NCBI GenBank assembly: GCA_965287045.1
Contig: OZ336884.1
Coordinates: 51,646,001 to 51,710,000 of the forward strand
Direction of reading: 5' to 3'
Length of the DNA: 64,000 nt
Source of the DNA: Carcharhinus amblyrhynchos
Taxonomy: Eukaryota
Shown piece after piece: positions 11,801-24,689 of this stretch. Under the pieces are notes generated by a model that worked only from the letters and a program-made list of their open reading frames with translations, searched no databases and was not told the origin of the DNA. The translations under genes were made by a program, and so were the position numbers. Position 1 is the first letter of the stretch. The number at the start of each line of letters is the position of its first letter.

Positions 11801-12709
11801 TGGAGTTCAATTCCATCTTCATGCTGAGCATATCCTACATAAAACCTCACAGAATTACCAGCATGCTAAGTTGGATAAATTAAGAACAGATCTAGCAGCT
11901 CAAAATTGGGCAACTATGAGGTATTGTGGACCATTAGCAGCAGAATGACGTTCCACCACAATCGTAGCCTGGCATATTCCTCAATCCTCTATCATTATCA
12001 AGTGGATGATTAAACCTGGTTCAGTCAAGAGCATAGAACAGTGTGCCATTTACAGCACAAAGCATACCTCAAAAATCAGATTCTAACCTGGTAAAGCTAA
12101 ACAGCAGAAACGTTATGCTATGGAAAAGGTTAAAAAAAATCCCACAGCCTCTGGAACCTTTGTCTGAAGAGCCTGGTGGTTTTATCAATGAGAGTTCTGC
12201 ATCTGGAATGACACTGAATGCATGTTGAGAGTTTGGTTCCCATAAAGCAAGCCTGGCATCGGACAGACTGAATGAAAGAGAGCGGTTACTGAGGATTGGC
12301 ATAGAATCATAAATAATGTCAGGATATGGGCATAGACTTGTATAACTCATAGTCATGGTCTTAAAGGAGTTGCACTTTTAGGGAATGGAATCTCTTCCCA
12401 ATGTAGTTGAGGGCCTGGCCTTGTCTGGGAGCAGGCAGGATGAATGTATGTGCAGTGTTGTGTTTATCCTAATGCTGGGTTGCAAACTATCTCCAGCTGT
12501 GAACTTCATTACAGATCTTCTCTTTACCATTAGTTTCGACATGGAGATTTCCCCGATGACTGCAGCATTTAGTCCATTTCCTAACTCCTCAGATACTGAA
12601 GCAGTGCCTGCAAACAGGAAGACCTGAACAACATTCAGATTTGGCCTAATATGTACCAGGTTACATTAACACCACAGAAGTGCCAAGCAATGACCATCTC
12701 CAACAAGAG

Positions 12710-15449
12710 ATAAATTACATGGATAGAGCAGGGACAGGAATGGTTGATGCAGGTTCCGGGGTTCAAATGCTTCAGTCGGAGTAGAGAAGGAGGTGGGGGG
12801 GGGAGGGGTAGCATTATTAGTCAAGGATTGTATCACAGTGTCAGAGAGGAAGTTTGATGAGGACTTGTCTGTTGAGGTAGTATGGGCTGAGATTAGAAAT
12901 AGGAGAGGAGAGGTCACCCTGTTGGGAGTCTTTTATAGACCTCCTAAAAGTTCTAGAGAGGTTGAGGAAAGGATTGCGGAGATGATCCTGGATAGGAGTG
13001 AAAGTAATAGGGTAATTGTTATGGGGGACTTTAACTTTACTAATATTGATTGGAATAGCTATAGCTCTAGCTCATTAGAGGGGTCAGTTTTTGTACAAAG
13101 CGTGCAGGAAGGTTTTTTGACTCAGTATGTCAATAGGCCAACTAGAGGTGAGGCTATGTTGGATTTGGTGCTGGGAAATGAGCCAGACCAGATACTAGAC
13201 TTGGAAGTTGGTGTGCATTTTGGTGATAGTGACCACAATTCGGTTACGTTCACCTTAGTGATGGAAAGGGATAGGCATGAACCTCAGGTCAGTAGTTTTA
13301 GCTGGGGGAAGGGTAATTATGAGGCTATTAGGAGAGAATTAGGAAGCATAGGTTGGACTAGGAGACTACAGGGTCTGGGAACGTCCGAAATGTGGAGTTT
13401 TTTCAAGGAGCAGCTACTGCGAGTCCTTGATATGTATGTCCCTGTCAGGCAAGGAGGAAATGGTGGAGCTAGGGAACCGTGGTGCACTAAAAAAGTTGAT
13501 TTGCTGGTTAAAAAGAAAAAGGAGGCTTATGTCCGGATGAGACTTGAGGGCTCAGGTAGTGCACTAGAAAGCTTTAGATTGGCTAGGAGGGAGTTAAAGA
13601 GTGAGTTAAGAAGGGCTAAAAGAGGACATGAGAAGACTTTGGCTGATAGGATTAAGAAGAATCCTAAGGCGTTCTATAGATATGTTAAGAACAGAAGGTT
13701 GGTTAGGGCAAGATTAGGGCCAGTTAGAGACAGCAGTGGGAAGTTATGTGTGGAACCGGAAGAGATTGGAGAGGCATTGAACCAATATTTCTCTTCGGTA
13801 TTCATGCAGGGGGACATAAATGTAGCTGTGGAGAACACTGGGTTACAAAGTTGTAAACTGGATAGTGTTGCAGTTGATAAGGAGGATGTGCTAGATATTC
13901 TTGAGGGTTTGAAAATAGATAAGTCCCCTGGGCCGGATGGGATTTACCCTAGGATTCTCTGGGAGGCAAGAGAGGCAATTGCAGAGCCTCTGGCTCTGAT
14001 CTTCAGGTCGTCGTTGGTCACAGGTATAGTGCCAGAAGATTGGAGGATAGCGAATGTTGTCCCATTGTTTAAGAAGGGGAACAGAGACTTCCTCGGGAAT
14101 TATAGACTGGTGAGTCTTACTTCTGTTGTGGGCAAGGTTTTAGCAAAAATTATTAGGGATAGGATTTATAGTTATTTAGAGAGTAATGAATTGATTGGAG
14201 ATAGTCAGCATGGTTTTGTGGAGGGTAGGTCGTGCCTTACTAACCTTATCAAGTTCTTTGAGAAAGTGGCCAAAGAGGTGGATGGGGGTAAGGCAGTTGA
14301 CATGGTATATATGGACTTTAGTAAGGCGTTTGATAAGGTTCACCATGGAAGTCTTCTGCAGAAATTGCAGATGTATGGGATTGAGGGTGATTTAGGTAAT
14401 TGGATCAGGAATTGGCTAGCAGATAGGAGACAGAGGGTGGTGGTTGATGGTAAGTATTCGTCATGGAGTTCAGTTACAAGTGGTGTGCCTCAGGAATCTG
14501 TTTTGGGGCCACTGCTGTTTGTAATTTTTATTAATGATCTGGATGAGGGTATAGTTGGGTGGATTAGTAAATTTGCTGATGACACCAAAGTCGGAGGTGT
14601 GGTAGATAGTGAGGAAGGGTGTCATAGTTTACAGGGAGGCTTGGACAAGTTGCAGAGCTGGGCCGAGAGGTGGCGGATGGAGTTTAATGTGGAAAAGTGT
14701 GAGGTAATTCACTTTGGCAGGAATAACAGATGTGTAGAGTATAGGGCTAACAGTAGGACTCTGAATAGTGTGGATGAATAGAGGAATCTAGGTGTATGTG
14801 TACATAGATCCCTGAAAGTTGGGAATCAAGTAGATAGGGTCATTAGGAAGGCATACGGTGTCTTGGCGTTTATTGGTAGGGGGATTGAATTTAGGAGCCA
14901 CAGCGTCATGTTGCAACTGGACAAAACTCTTGGAGTATTGTGTGCAGTTCTGGTCCCCACATTATAGGAAGGATGTGGAGGCATTGGAGAGGGTGCAGAG
15001 GAGGTTTACCAGGATGTTGCCTGGTATGGAGGGGAGGTCCTATGAGGAGAGACTGAGGGATTCGAGGTTGTTTTCGTTAGAAAGAAGGCGGCTGAGAGGG
15101 GACCTTATTGAAACATATAAGATGATTAGAGGTTTAGATAGGGTGGACAGTGATAGCCTTTTTCCTCGGATGGAGAAAGCTAGCACGAGGGGCCATAGCT
15201 TTAAATTAAGGGGTGGTAGTTATAGGATGGATGTCAGGGGTAGGTTCTTTACCCAGAGGGTGGTGAGGGATTGGAATGCCCTGCCTGCTGCAGTTGTACA
15301 TGCGCCTAGTTTGGGGGCGTTTAAGAGATCCGTGGATAGGTTCATGGATGGAAAGGGATTGGTTTAGGTTAGAGGGTCATTGCTTTTTAACTGGTTGGCG
15401 CAACATCGTGGGCCGAAGGGCCTGTTCTGCGCTGTAATATTCTATGTTC
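12710..15449 (+). mobile_element. Young 5'-truncated CR1 LINE (endonuclease plus reverse transcriptase), antisense to dystrophin
   Basis: GGGVALLV, FYRPP, GDFNF and SDH endonuclease motifs; YMDFSKAFDKV, GVPQESVLGP and KFADD RT motifs; 3' end gggccgaagggcctgttctgcgctgtaatattctatgttcta. Confidence 0.95.
12793..15367 (+). pseudogene. Disabled CR1 ORF2
   Basis: 662-codon open stretch ends in a premature TAG at 14779-14781, followed by a frameshift into 14858-15367 ([12 protein letters not shown]...RRLRGDL). The N-terminus is truncated and PQG has changed to PQE. Confidence 0.9.
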
Positions 15450-15679
15450 TACTACTTCCTCAAAATTACCAATTCAACGACATTGCTATTGCCAAATCCC
15501 CCACCATCCATACTTTGGGGGGTTAACAATAACCAGAAATTCAACTGGACTATCCATATAAATACCGTGGCTACAAAAGCAGGTTATAGGCTAGAAATCC
15601 TGTGGCAAGTAACTCACCTCCCAGCTCCCCAAAGCCTGTCAATCATCTATAAAGCAAAAATCAGGAGTGTGATGGAATA

Positions 15680-16791
15680 TTTTTGACATATTTATGCAGT
15701 TATACACATGGCTTAATAGAAAAATGGGCAATACTTAAAAGCAGAATGGAAAATTGTCAATTGACTTTGAAACAAAATAGAGTTAGGAGGTTAGATGACT
15801 TCTTTCCCCTTTACTTCTGCCAAATGTACATCAATCTGTCCAAGGCTGGAAGTTAGTCTGATTTTGTGGTCAGGGTAGTAAAATGTAAATAATATTTTGG
15901 AACATTTAAAAGACCAGAATTACAATAGATATATCTTGTGGATTGAACAGTGCTATTGTCCAAATAACTACAGGAAGTAATGCACAATAACCTCAGACTT
16001 AGCGACTGCAGAGTGAAATTCCACAGAATGGGTTTAAGGAAACACCATTATATCACTAAGGGATGCAATGGCTGAGAGTCAAACCCCATTGTGTGTCAAT
16101 GCTCATGCCATCAGGGGCAATTTGTATGGGCAATGGGAAAACTGATACTATGGTCAGCCGATAGAAACCTGTGATAAGAAACACTTAAAACATTTTAGGA
16201 GAGCAGCCTCATCGCCAATAGTCTGGGAAACAAAGAGACTAGGCAGGGAAGAGAAATCACTCTTCAAAGGTAGAACCTTGCCAAGGATCCACCAAAAGGC
16301 AGAGAAGTGGGCCCAGCCATTTACCTATCAATTTGAACAACCAAGCCGGATCTTCACTATAGAGTTTCAACTGCACTTCAACTGGAACAATGCCAGAAAC
16401 TGGCCGTTGCAAGTAAGCTGCTCCAAATTTGTCACCATAAACTTTTAACTTCCATTTCCTCAGTGAAGTAAAGGAGAATCACTGGGCCTGCAAGTTTCTG
16501 GTTTCCATCTCAAATGATAATTGTGATTTTTTGGACTCTTTAAAAACTGAAGTGCATGAAGTGTATTTTATAATCAGCTTTTCTTGTGTGTATTTGTGAG
16601 TGGGTGCTGCTACAAATACATTTTGCTGTCTAGAAATAAACATTTAGTTTTCCTTTTTCAGCTCACATGAAAACCTGTCTTGTGTCTATTACTGACAGTC
16701 ACAGCACTCAAAGGATTTAAATGTTTCTTTAAAGCACATTTTGCTGTAGCCAGTCAAGAAGTCGAAGAACACCATCCTAACATCTGTCTGT
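15680..16791. mobile_element. 1.1 kb non-coding insertion, possibly a solo-LTR remnant
   Basis: Interrupts the old LINE within gatggAATA|ctctcc, with AATA at both junctions (15676-15679, 16792-16795); AATAAA near 16635; ends ...tctgtaata. Confidence 0.45.
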
Positions 16792-16955
16792 AATACTCTC
16801 CACTTGCCTGGGTGATTGCAGTTCCGACAACCCACGCAGGACAAAGCAGCCCATTTGCCACTTTTCAACACTCGCTCCTTCCATCACTGACACACAGTAG
16901 TAATATGCACTGTAGCAACTTGCCTAGACTCCTTCAGCAGTACCTTCCAAACCAA

Positions 16956-17547
16956 GCTGTATAGGGCACTGGTGAGGCCGCAGCTGGAGTACTGTGTGCA
17001 GTTTTGGTCGCCGCACTTACGCAAGGATATTTTGGCCTTGGAGGGAGTGCAGAGAAAGGTTCACTAGGCTGATACCGGAGTTGAGGGGGTTGAGCTATGA
17101 GGAGAGGCTGAATAAACTAGGCTTCTACTCGTCAGAGTTTAGAAGGATGAGGGGAGATCTCATTGAGACGTACAAGATGATGAATGGGATGGATAGGATA
17201 GAGGTGGAGAGGCTCTTCCCACTCAGAAAGGACAGTAGGACTAGAGGGCACAGCCTCAAGGTAAGGGGGGGGCAGTTTAGAACGGAGTTGAGGAGGAACT
17301 TCTTCACTCAAAGGGTGGTGAATCTCTGGAATTCTCTGCCTGTTGAAGTGGTGGAGGCTGCCTCGCTTAATATATTTAAGACGCGGGTAGATAGGTTTTT
17401 GGTAGGCAAGGGGATTAAGCGTTATGGGGAGAAGGCGGGAATGTGGAACTGAGCCACTTCAGATCAGCCATGATCTTATTGAATGGCAGGGCAGGCTCAA
17501 AGGGCTAGATGGCCTACCCCCGCTCCTATTTCTTACGTTCTTATGTA
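16956..17547 (+). mobile_element. Young CR1 3' fragment
   Basis: [39 protein letters not shown]; tail ttcttacgttcttatg. Confidence 0.9.
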
Positions 17548-18064
17548 GTCTCTCCCTGGAGAATGAAGCCATCTAAATGCACTGTAGGTAGGAAATCAGG
17601 TTCCTGTAGACCGTCATGGTGTAAAGCCTCCTCGACCCTTCCCTTATCCAGTTACCTTTTAACTGTTGATGTTGTTGCCCCTAATTTCACAGCCCCAAAA
17701 ACAGCATAACACCATTAGTTCATCAAGCCTAAACCCAATCTTATTTTAATGGAGATGAGCATCCTGACTGCTAAGACAATGACTTCATTGTTGAGGTTAA
17801 ATCTCGGGGACCACAGACATCCCCACACAAATTTAGCAAGCATGTCCTATTTCAGGTGCATGATGGTCATATTAATATTTAAATTAATGATGTGCTCATT
17901 ACAGCCATCCACCAGGGCTGGCTAAAAATCTCTCAGAAATAGTTTAACCAGCCCCAGCACACATGCAAACATGATGTGGGGCTGTCGTCCTGTTAAATTT
18001 GGATCGGAATGTTTGCAACCATGTGGAATTTAGATCACAGGGAATCAGGTCATTTTCAAAAAAA

Positions 18065-18481
18065 CTTTGCAGTTATATAGTGTAGATGTCCCAAAGAACT
18101 TTACAGCCAATGATGTAATTTGAAATTGTAGGCTGTGTCAGAAACATAGTATCAATTTGCATGCAGCAAACTCCCACAAACACTAGTGTGATAATGACCA
18201 GATCATCTGTTTTCTGTATTGCTGATTGAAGAATTAAATTGGTCAGGGCATCAGGGACAACTCGTTGGTTTTCAAAAAATAGTAATGGGATCATACATGT
18301 TCACCTGAGAGGTAAATAGGACCTTGGTTTAGGATGTCAGAGATATGGCAACTCCAACAGTGCAGCATTCCCTCCATACTGCAATGGAGCGTCAGTGTTG
18401 ATTTTTGTGCTCAAATCCTGGAGTGGAATTTGAACCCACAACCTTAATACTCAGTGACAAGAATGCTACCAACTAAGCCAC
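18065..18481 (-). mobile_element. SacSINE1-like DeuSINE, near full length
   Basis: Minus-strand head gtggcttagttggtagc...gtgggttcaaattcc, Deu-like core, tail ggctgtaaagttctttgggacatc. Confidence 0.8.
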
Positions 18482-19984
18482 TTCAAAACTGCTGCCAGAT
18501 GGCAAATTTTAGAATAAATAGGAATGAATATTGATTGACTCAACATTTTGGCCAGTTACATTTTTGAGGCACACAAACATTAACTGTTGCAATTTACAAT
18601 GTGACAGGAACCTTTCAAATATTACAGAACTTTAGTTACTTTATAACTTACTCCTTAGTCATTCCAATACTGTACATCACATCATTGCAACAAAATGCAC
18701 TGCTTTTTAAGGATTGAAATGCCCACAATCAGACCACTTCAATCACCAGAGAATCCTTGCTGTAAACATCAGCTCTGATCGAGATTTCTTTTGGTAACCT
18801 ATACGACCACTTCAATCATTTGAAAATATTTTCCTTCCCTGCTGACTTCCAGCTGCTGAAGCAACACAAAGCTTTTTCATACGGATCAATATGGAATGTG
18901 ATTTGATCTTCTCCCCTTTCTTTCTTAGCAAAGCAACCTCAAACAGACTATTCTCCTATCCAAAGATAATTACTGGATTAAATTACAAATAGATTACTAT
19001 TGACGTAATTAATAAAAAGCAGAAAGAATCCGGCTGTTTATTAACCTACAAAACACCATAAACCTGACATGCATTATCTTTGATGTACTAAATAGGGTAC
19101 AAGGCTGAAATTTGAACAAATTATCTTCAACAAATATGTTGGAAGAATTGTCACAACAAAGGATCAAAAATCTTGCAATTGTTTATAAATTGTATTTTCA
19201 TATTCTTCAAAAATATTGAGCATGCTATTTGTTTAATGGCTGTTTTCTTGCAAAGTTTTCACTATCTACTTTACCTAGTCTTTGCAGAAAGAAGCTAGAG
19301 AGGAATCCTCTGAGAATATTGATGCCAGGTTTTTATAATTTGAACATATTTCTCCAACTACCTAACGGAATGCAAACTGTTTATTCCAGGGGATTTTATG
19401 AAGAATCTGTTACAGAAGGAGTCAACTCTGACGAACTGCTGAAACTGAACAGCCCTGTGAACTAACATTGGAGGAATTTAGTTCCAATGTTAATTAACAT
19501 TGTTGTTAACTGGTGGACTGAATGCTACAATGAATGATGTTTCAGCACCAGGACCTGCATTCAAATCCAACAATGATGAGATAGGAGGTTTTCTCTCTTT
19601 GTAAGCAAATTGAGTCTGAGGTCTTGTGAAGGGAGCTTCTAGTGAATGTGAATCTACAGCATAGAACTCCCCAGAATTAGGGGGCTCATTTACAGATGGA
19701 TAACCAATATCCAGAATGGAAAATTCATACTGATGCTTTATTGGGGCAAAGTTGAAGCACATTGTTGGATCAAAGCAATGGGAGCTTTATCCTACGTATG
19801 GTTACATTAGGTTTATTTGATGCTGATCTGTAGGTCTTTTATTTCTAATTCCAGCACTTAGATTACAGAATGACCCATCAAACTGTGTAAACCTATTTTT
19901 ATTTTAACATGAGCTCCCAATAGAGACTGTGTCTGCTGCTGGCAATTCTCACTAGCAGCTTGAAGGGTGAACACTGTCCTACGT

Positions 19985-20525
19985 AAAGGGTAGAGGTAGT
20001 ATGAAAAAGGAAATTAAGCAATGGATTAGCTCTGGATGGAGTGACTTGAAGAAATGCTATGGAGTGTTGTGGAAAAAGAAGTGTTGCGGAAAAAGAAAAG
20101 TGTTGCTGAAACTGAAAGGATGAATCTATAAGACAGCTGAGAGACCAGCCTTGTTACATGATGCAGAAACTTGGGCAGCATGAAAAAAAAGGAATAACAA
20201 CTTTATACTAATGAAATGTGGATGCTGAGATGATATGAGGAAGGACAAGGTTAAGAACCAGTACATCCAAAGGTGTGTGAAGATTATGGAAGCATCAAAG
20301 AAAGTAACCAAGAAGATATTGAAATGGTATGGAGAGAGAGAGAGAGGACACATAGTGAGACAAGTGATGGAAATGGGACTGGCAGGAAGGAGGAGAAGAG
20401 GAAGGCCTAAGACCAATTGTAAGGGTGACATGGCAAGAGACTTAAATGTAGTGGGTGACTGATAGCAAGGTGATCACCAACACTGTGGCAACCCTAAGAA
20501 AAATGGGAGATGCTAAACAAAGATG
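19985..20525 (+). mobile_element. RTE-clade LINE 3' fragment
   Basis: RPALL..AETWA, KDKVKNQYI, LKWYG and GRRRRGRPK motifs. Confidence 0.7.
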
Positions 20526-21399
20526 AAAGATGAAGACAGAAAGGGCTGCAGCAGCAATTTAAAGAGAAATAGTCACATGGGAATGGTAAAGTTTTTGACT
20601 GGCAAAAGTCACGGAATGTACAAGTCACAACATCTAGAATCAGCAGGCTAGTATTAATATGTTTTGCCCACTATAAACAATGTCTTAAATACAGAAGAAA
20701 ATAGTGCACCTTAAGGAGGATGCCTGTTGACACTACTCAACAGCAGCACATGCTAAGTCAAAGGCCCCATCTGACTATGTTGCTAACCTGCTACACAGCT
20801 ACTGCTGGTCCACAGAAAACTCTCAGACAGACTTCTAGCTGTTTCATTGTTTACCATTCAAAGGCATTATGTCGCAACTTGAAAATTAAACCACACACGG
20901 GGTGACATGAAAGGACTTCACAGGTCAAACTAATATAACATAATCTAACTGCATAACGCACAAACTGATTTCTTTTTCACTCCCTAGTCACTGGCATTGG
21001 GGTACGTTTAGCACTGGCTTGAGATCACAGAATGCAGCAGCATCAAGGAAATGGGCACGCTGAATATAACAGTGAAGGAACCAATGCTCAGCCTGGCTGG
21101 ATAAAAAATAAATTCTTCTCTTCCCAGCCCCACAAACATTTACTGCTCTAAGTGCTGAGCTGTACTGGGAGATGATTTAATTGATATTACTTGAACCTAT
21201 GCCTGTCAATTATATGCCAGCTTAGAGAATGGATGTAGACAGGCTATCCCACTTTGAGTGTATCACAGCAGAGACAGGTTTTGTCCATGTTTAGACACAT
21301 GCATTTTTAACAAGTGGATAAGATCAAGTCCAGATTTAGGAACCTTGGCAGATTTTTTCCTCCTTTCTGGGACATGGAGGCCATTTGACAGTTTCAGTA

Positions 21400-21436
21400 C
21401 TAGCTCTGATGAAGGGTCATCCAGACTCGAAACACT
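21400..21436 (+). ncRNA. Truncated Penelope-type hammerhead ribozyme remnant
   Basis: CTGATGA-A-GGGTC(atcca)GACTC-GAAA at 21406-21432; stem III and the cleavage triplet are degraded, so probably inactive. Confidence 0.55.
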
Positions 21437-22404
21437 GGGGGCAGTTCTCCCAAAAGCTCTGAATTGGAGGGAAAACTGGACTTAGTACATCATTAATGAC
21501 TTCAAAATTCTCCATTATATGGGCAAATGCAACATTTTAAGTACAGTAAAATTCATAAACGTGAATGACAATTTTTTTTTGCTTAGGACCTGCTCAGGTG
21601 CCATGTCATATAGGTAATGCTTTTGGAAGCTGCACTCTTCCGAGGAAAAGAAAATACTTTTTAGATTTTAAAATGTCAATAAATGAGCTTCAGAATAAAA
21701 TTGTTACTTACAAGTGGACATTTAAACCCACAAACATCCACCTTCTTCCCCGACCATCATTTTCCATGTGCTTTTTGGTGAAATGGTGGTGCATACAATT
21801 CTGAATAAACATTGTAAATCTGTTCAATTCAGCTCCCCCAGTAGCTCTGCAAGTTTACTATTTGAGGAGCTGAGCTATACAGTTCTGGACTGTGCCCAGT
21901 TAACTGATGCTAGGTCAAGCCAATGCTTATAATTGATCACTGCAGGCTGAGTTAGGAGGGGGCTGCCACTCTTGATCAATCTCGGAGATTTTTCTGCAAG
22001 ACTGCACGCCTGATAAAGACATGATTAAGCTTGACCGTGATATTTTGCCAATCCCCTCTCCAGGTTTTCCTGATACTAACTTGTAAGGTGCATGTATTAG
22101 CTACATGAAATCAGCCTTTTTTTTGGCTCGGGCATATCTTGCTGTAAAGTCATATCCTGACAGTCAAAGCCTTCAGAGCAGAGGATCGGAATGGAATATT
22201 AGTGATCAAGTCCCTCAGTTTTTTTCCTACATTGAAAATAGTGACATTGATGAAATATTCTACATACATTTAATAATGTCCAAAAATAAGCAAACCATAT
22301 CCTGTGTTAATGTAACTTAGGAGTGGTAAACCTGTAAACCAGGAGGATTCAGTCTGTTTCGCTGCAAAATTAGTTGATGTCAACTAGGTTTAATAGTGAG
22401 GCTA

Positions 22405-22497
22405 AAGCAAAATACTGTGGATGCTGGAATCTGAAACAAAAGCAGAAAACGCTGGAAAATCTCAGCAGGCCTGACAGCATCTGTGGAGAGAGAATAA
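22405..22497. mobile_element. Terminal fragment of a Penelope-associated repeat
   Basis: gcaaaatactgtggatgctggaatctgaaac...ctcagcaggcctgacagcatctgtggagagag; a related decayed copy lies at about 25135-25270. Confidence 0.55.
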
Positions 22498-22499
22498 AG

Positions 22500-23790
22500 C
22501 CAATGGCCGCAATTCTTCCATTGCAACCTGCAACTTTTCTGGTGGTCGAGGTGGGAGATGCACATCGCCGGCCTTGTTTCGGGATTTGTGCATGCACCAG
22601 AAACACACATGCATCTCCCAGAGCCAGCAAACAGTCGCCAGTCAGACCATGCTGGAAACATATGGGAAGACAGTTTTGAATCTCTTTTTTAAAATATGTT
22701 TTAAATGTATTTTAAATCTAATTATCAGGAACTTTCTGGTCCCAATTGAATCTCCCACCCCGCCAGAAGCGATTCATTCCGGCGGGGTTCAGACTAGCTC
22801 CCCACATTCGGGGAACTAACAGGAGACCACGCTGGAATGAAGAGAGATGTGCATGCATTTCTGGTGCGTGCACAAATCCCGGAACAAGGGAGGCAACACG
22901 CATCTTCCACTTCAACCACCAGAAAAGTTGCAAGTCGTGATGGAAGAACCGCAATCGGGGACCCGTTAGGGGATCATGCGGTAGGGGGGGTGCCCCCTGG
23001 GAATGGGCACACTGGCGGTAAACACAGTAAGAAAGCTCACAACACCAGGTTTAAGTCCAACCAGTTAAGTCCAACAGTCCTGGCGGTACCAGCTTGTGCC
23101 CCCAGCACTGCCCAATGGGCAAAGTTCCCATGCCCAGAGGGCACCTTGGCACTGCCCACTGGGCATCAGGCAATGCCAAGGGGGTAGGGCCTATTGCAAG
23201 TGGGGCCTAAGGGGGATTGATAGGGGTGGGGGTCCTGCGGCTGCTCTGCAAAACAGGATTGGTCTGGGATGGAGGGAGGGCAGTGACTGAGATAGGCTGA
23301 GTGAGAGGGTGGTCTGCCAGGTAGTCCTGCCTCTATGGGGGGGTTCTGACCCTGGGGCAGGGTCTGCTGGGTGAGGGAAGTAGGGGGTGGGGGGGAAGCT
23401 TTGCATCGGGGCGCTCTGGAATGGGGGGGGAAGGGGCGCTCAAGGACTGGCCTGGGAATTATTGTGGGGGCCACGATTGGGCCGTGGGGTGGGGGGGGGG
23501 GGAATGGGAGGTGGGAGGGACAACACAGCAGTGGTCCCAGGTTGGCGAGCTCAATCACTGGCCAGCCAACGGGGAGTCTGACAAATCAGGACCACTGCGC
23601 ATGCACAGAGTTCCAGAACTATCAAACTCCAGTGCAAATAAGCCCCAACCCCCACCCCCCCCCCCCCCCCCCCCCCCTAGGTTTTTAATAATATTCATGA
23701 CTGTGATTTCTGCAGATGTCTGGAGATTTGTGTGAGAAGCTGAACTGACAAAACAGTCAGGATCTAATATGAATTGGAGAGATATTGGAA
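22500..23790. mobile_element. GC-rich non-autonomous element with an internal 109-bp inverted repeat and G/C runs
   Basis: Arms 22509-22617 and 22844-22952 are reverse complements; G-tracts at 23200-23520; C-run at 23643-23677. Confidence 0.6.
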
Positions 23791-24408
23791 ATGTATGTTA
23801 AGTTGCTATGTGAATGCAAGACTTCCTTCATATTGTATTTTATCACATTTCACTGCTGCTTTTTTGACTTTACACATGTTCAGAATCACTTTTAAAACTC
23901 TGTGCATCTGTACTAAGGGAGCTCACTGTCCCTTCACTCTGTAGAAGATGTTACCTTCAATTTCTATTTTCCATATTTATCTTAAATGAACTGTATTTGA
24001 CATACATTAGCCATTTCCCTAATTTGCACCTGTCCTCTCATCTTAAAACTGATTATTTTGTTTCATGGCTCATCTTTTCTGAGATGGAAACATCAAAGGA
24101 ATGTGGCTTTCTTCTCAGGATACTCTAACCAGTTCTTAGCATGTGCTAGCAGCTGTTTCATTACTTTGACAACTACAATTACTGTACATATAATTTGCAT
24201 TTTTGGTTCAATTCTCCCCGAATTTTACGTGGAGGTGCTGTGTCCGGCAGAGGTGAGCCCACTTCCTCTTGGTTGGCTGGGCTAATTTTATGGCTGTCAG
24301 GCTGTTGACTCGCTCAAGGTGAACTTCCAATCAGGTTGCTAGCAGCTGTTTAGTCCCAGCATTGCCACCAGAAGCAACGGCCACTGCTGCGACCCTAGGC
24401 AGTTCCCA

Positions 24409-24689
24409 TCAAGCCTGCAGCGACAACAATCCCGCCCAGCCCCTGTTCCCATAACTCCATATATTTAGCCTGCTAATTCCCTTGACACTAAGGGGCAGTT
24501 TAGCTTGGCCAATCCACCTAACCCACACAACTTCAGAGTGTGGGAGGAAACCGGAACACACAGGGGAAGCCTGTACAGACATGGGGAGAACATACAAACT
24601 CCACACAGACTGTCACCTGAGACTGGAGTTGAACCTGGGTTCCTAGTGCTGTGAGGCAGCATTGCTAACCATGTACCACCTTGCTGCCC
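24409..24689 (-). mobile_element. HE1-type V-SINE lacking its tail
   Basis: Reverse complement of the 6200-6543 family (head gggcagcaaggtggtacatggttagc, V-domain). Confidence 0.85.

Larger units (their letters stand above)
11880..16955 (+). mobile_element. Old CR1/L2-superclade LINE broken into pieces (about 11880-12709, 15450-15679, 16792-16955) by younger insertions
   Basis: The pieces are collinear with uninterrupted copies of the same family at 25540-26420 and 44905-45575 (caatgaccatctccaacaagaga; gtgtgatggaatactctccacttgcctgg). Confidence 0.75.

Noticed and set aside
12793-14781. 662-aa RT/endonuclease ORF as an active element, domesticated gene or prokaryote-style RT system
   Set aside because: An ordinary 5'-truncated CR1 ORF2 with a premature stop, a frameshift and a PQG-to-PQE change.
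23160-23690. Pro/Gly-rich ORFs and G-quadruplex-like tracts (also near 25480, 29785 and 62130)
   Set aside because: Low-complexity G/C runs inside repeats; homopolymer lengths are error-prone and there is no sign of function.
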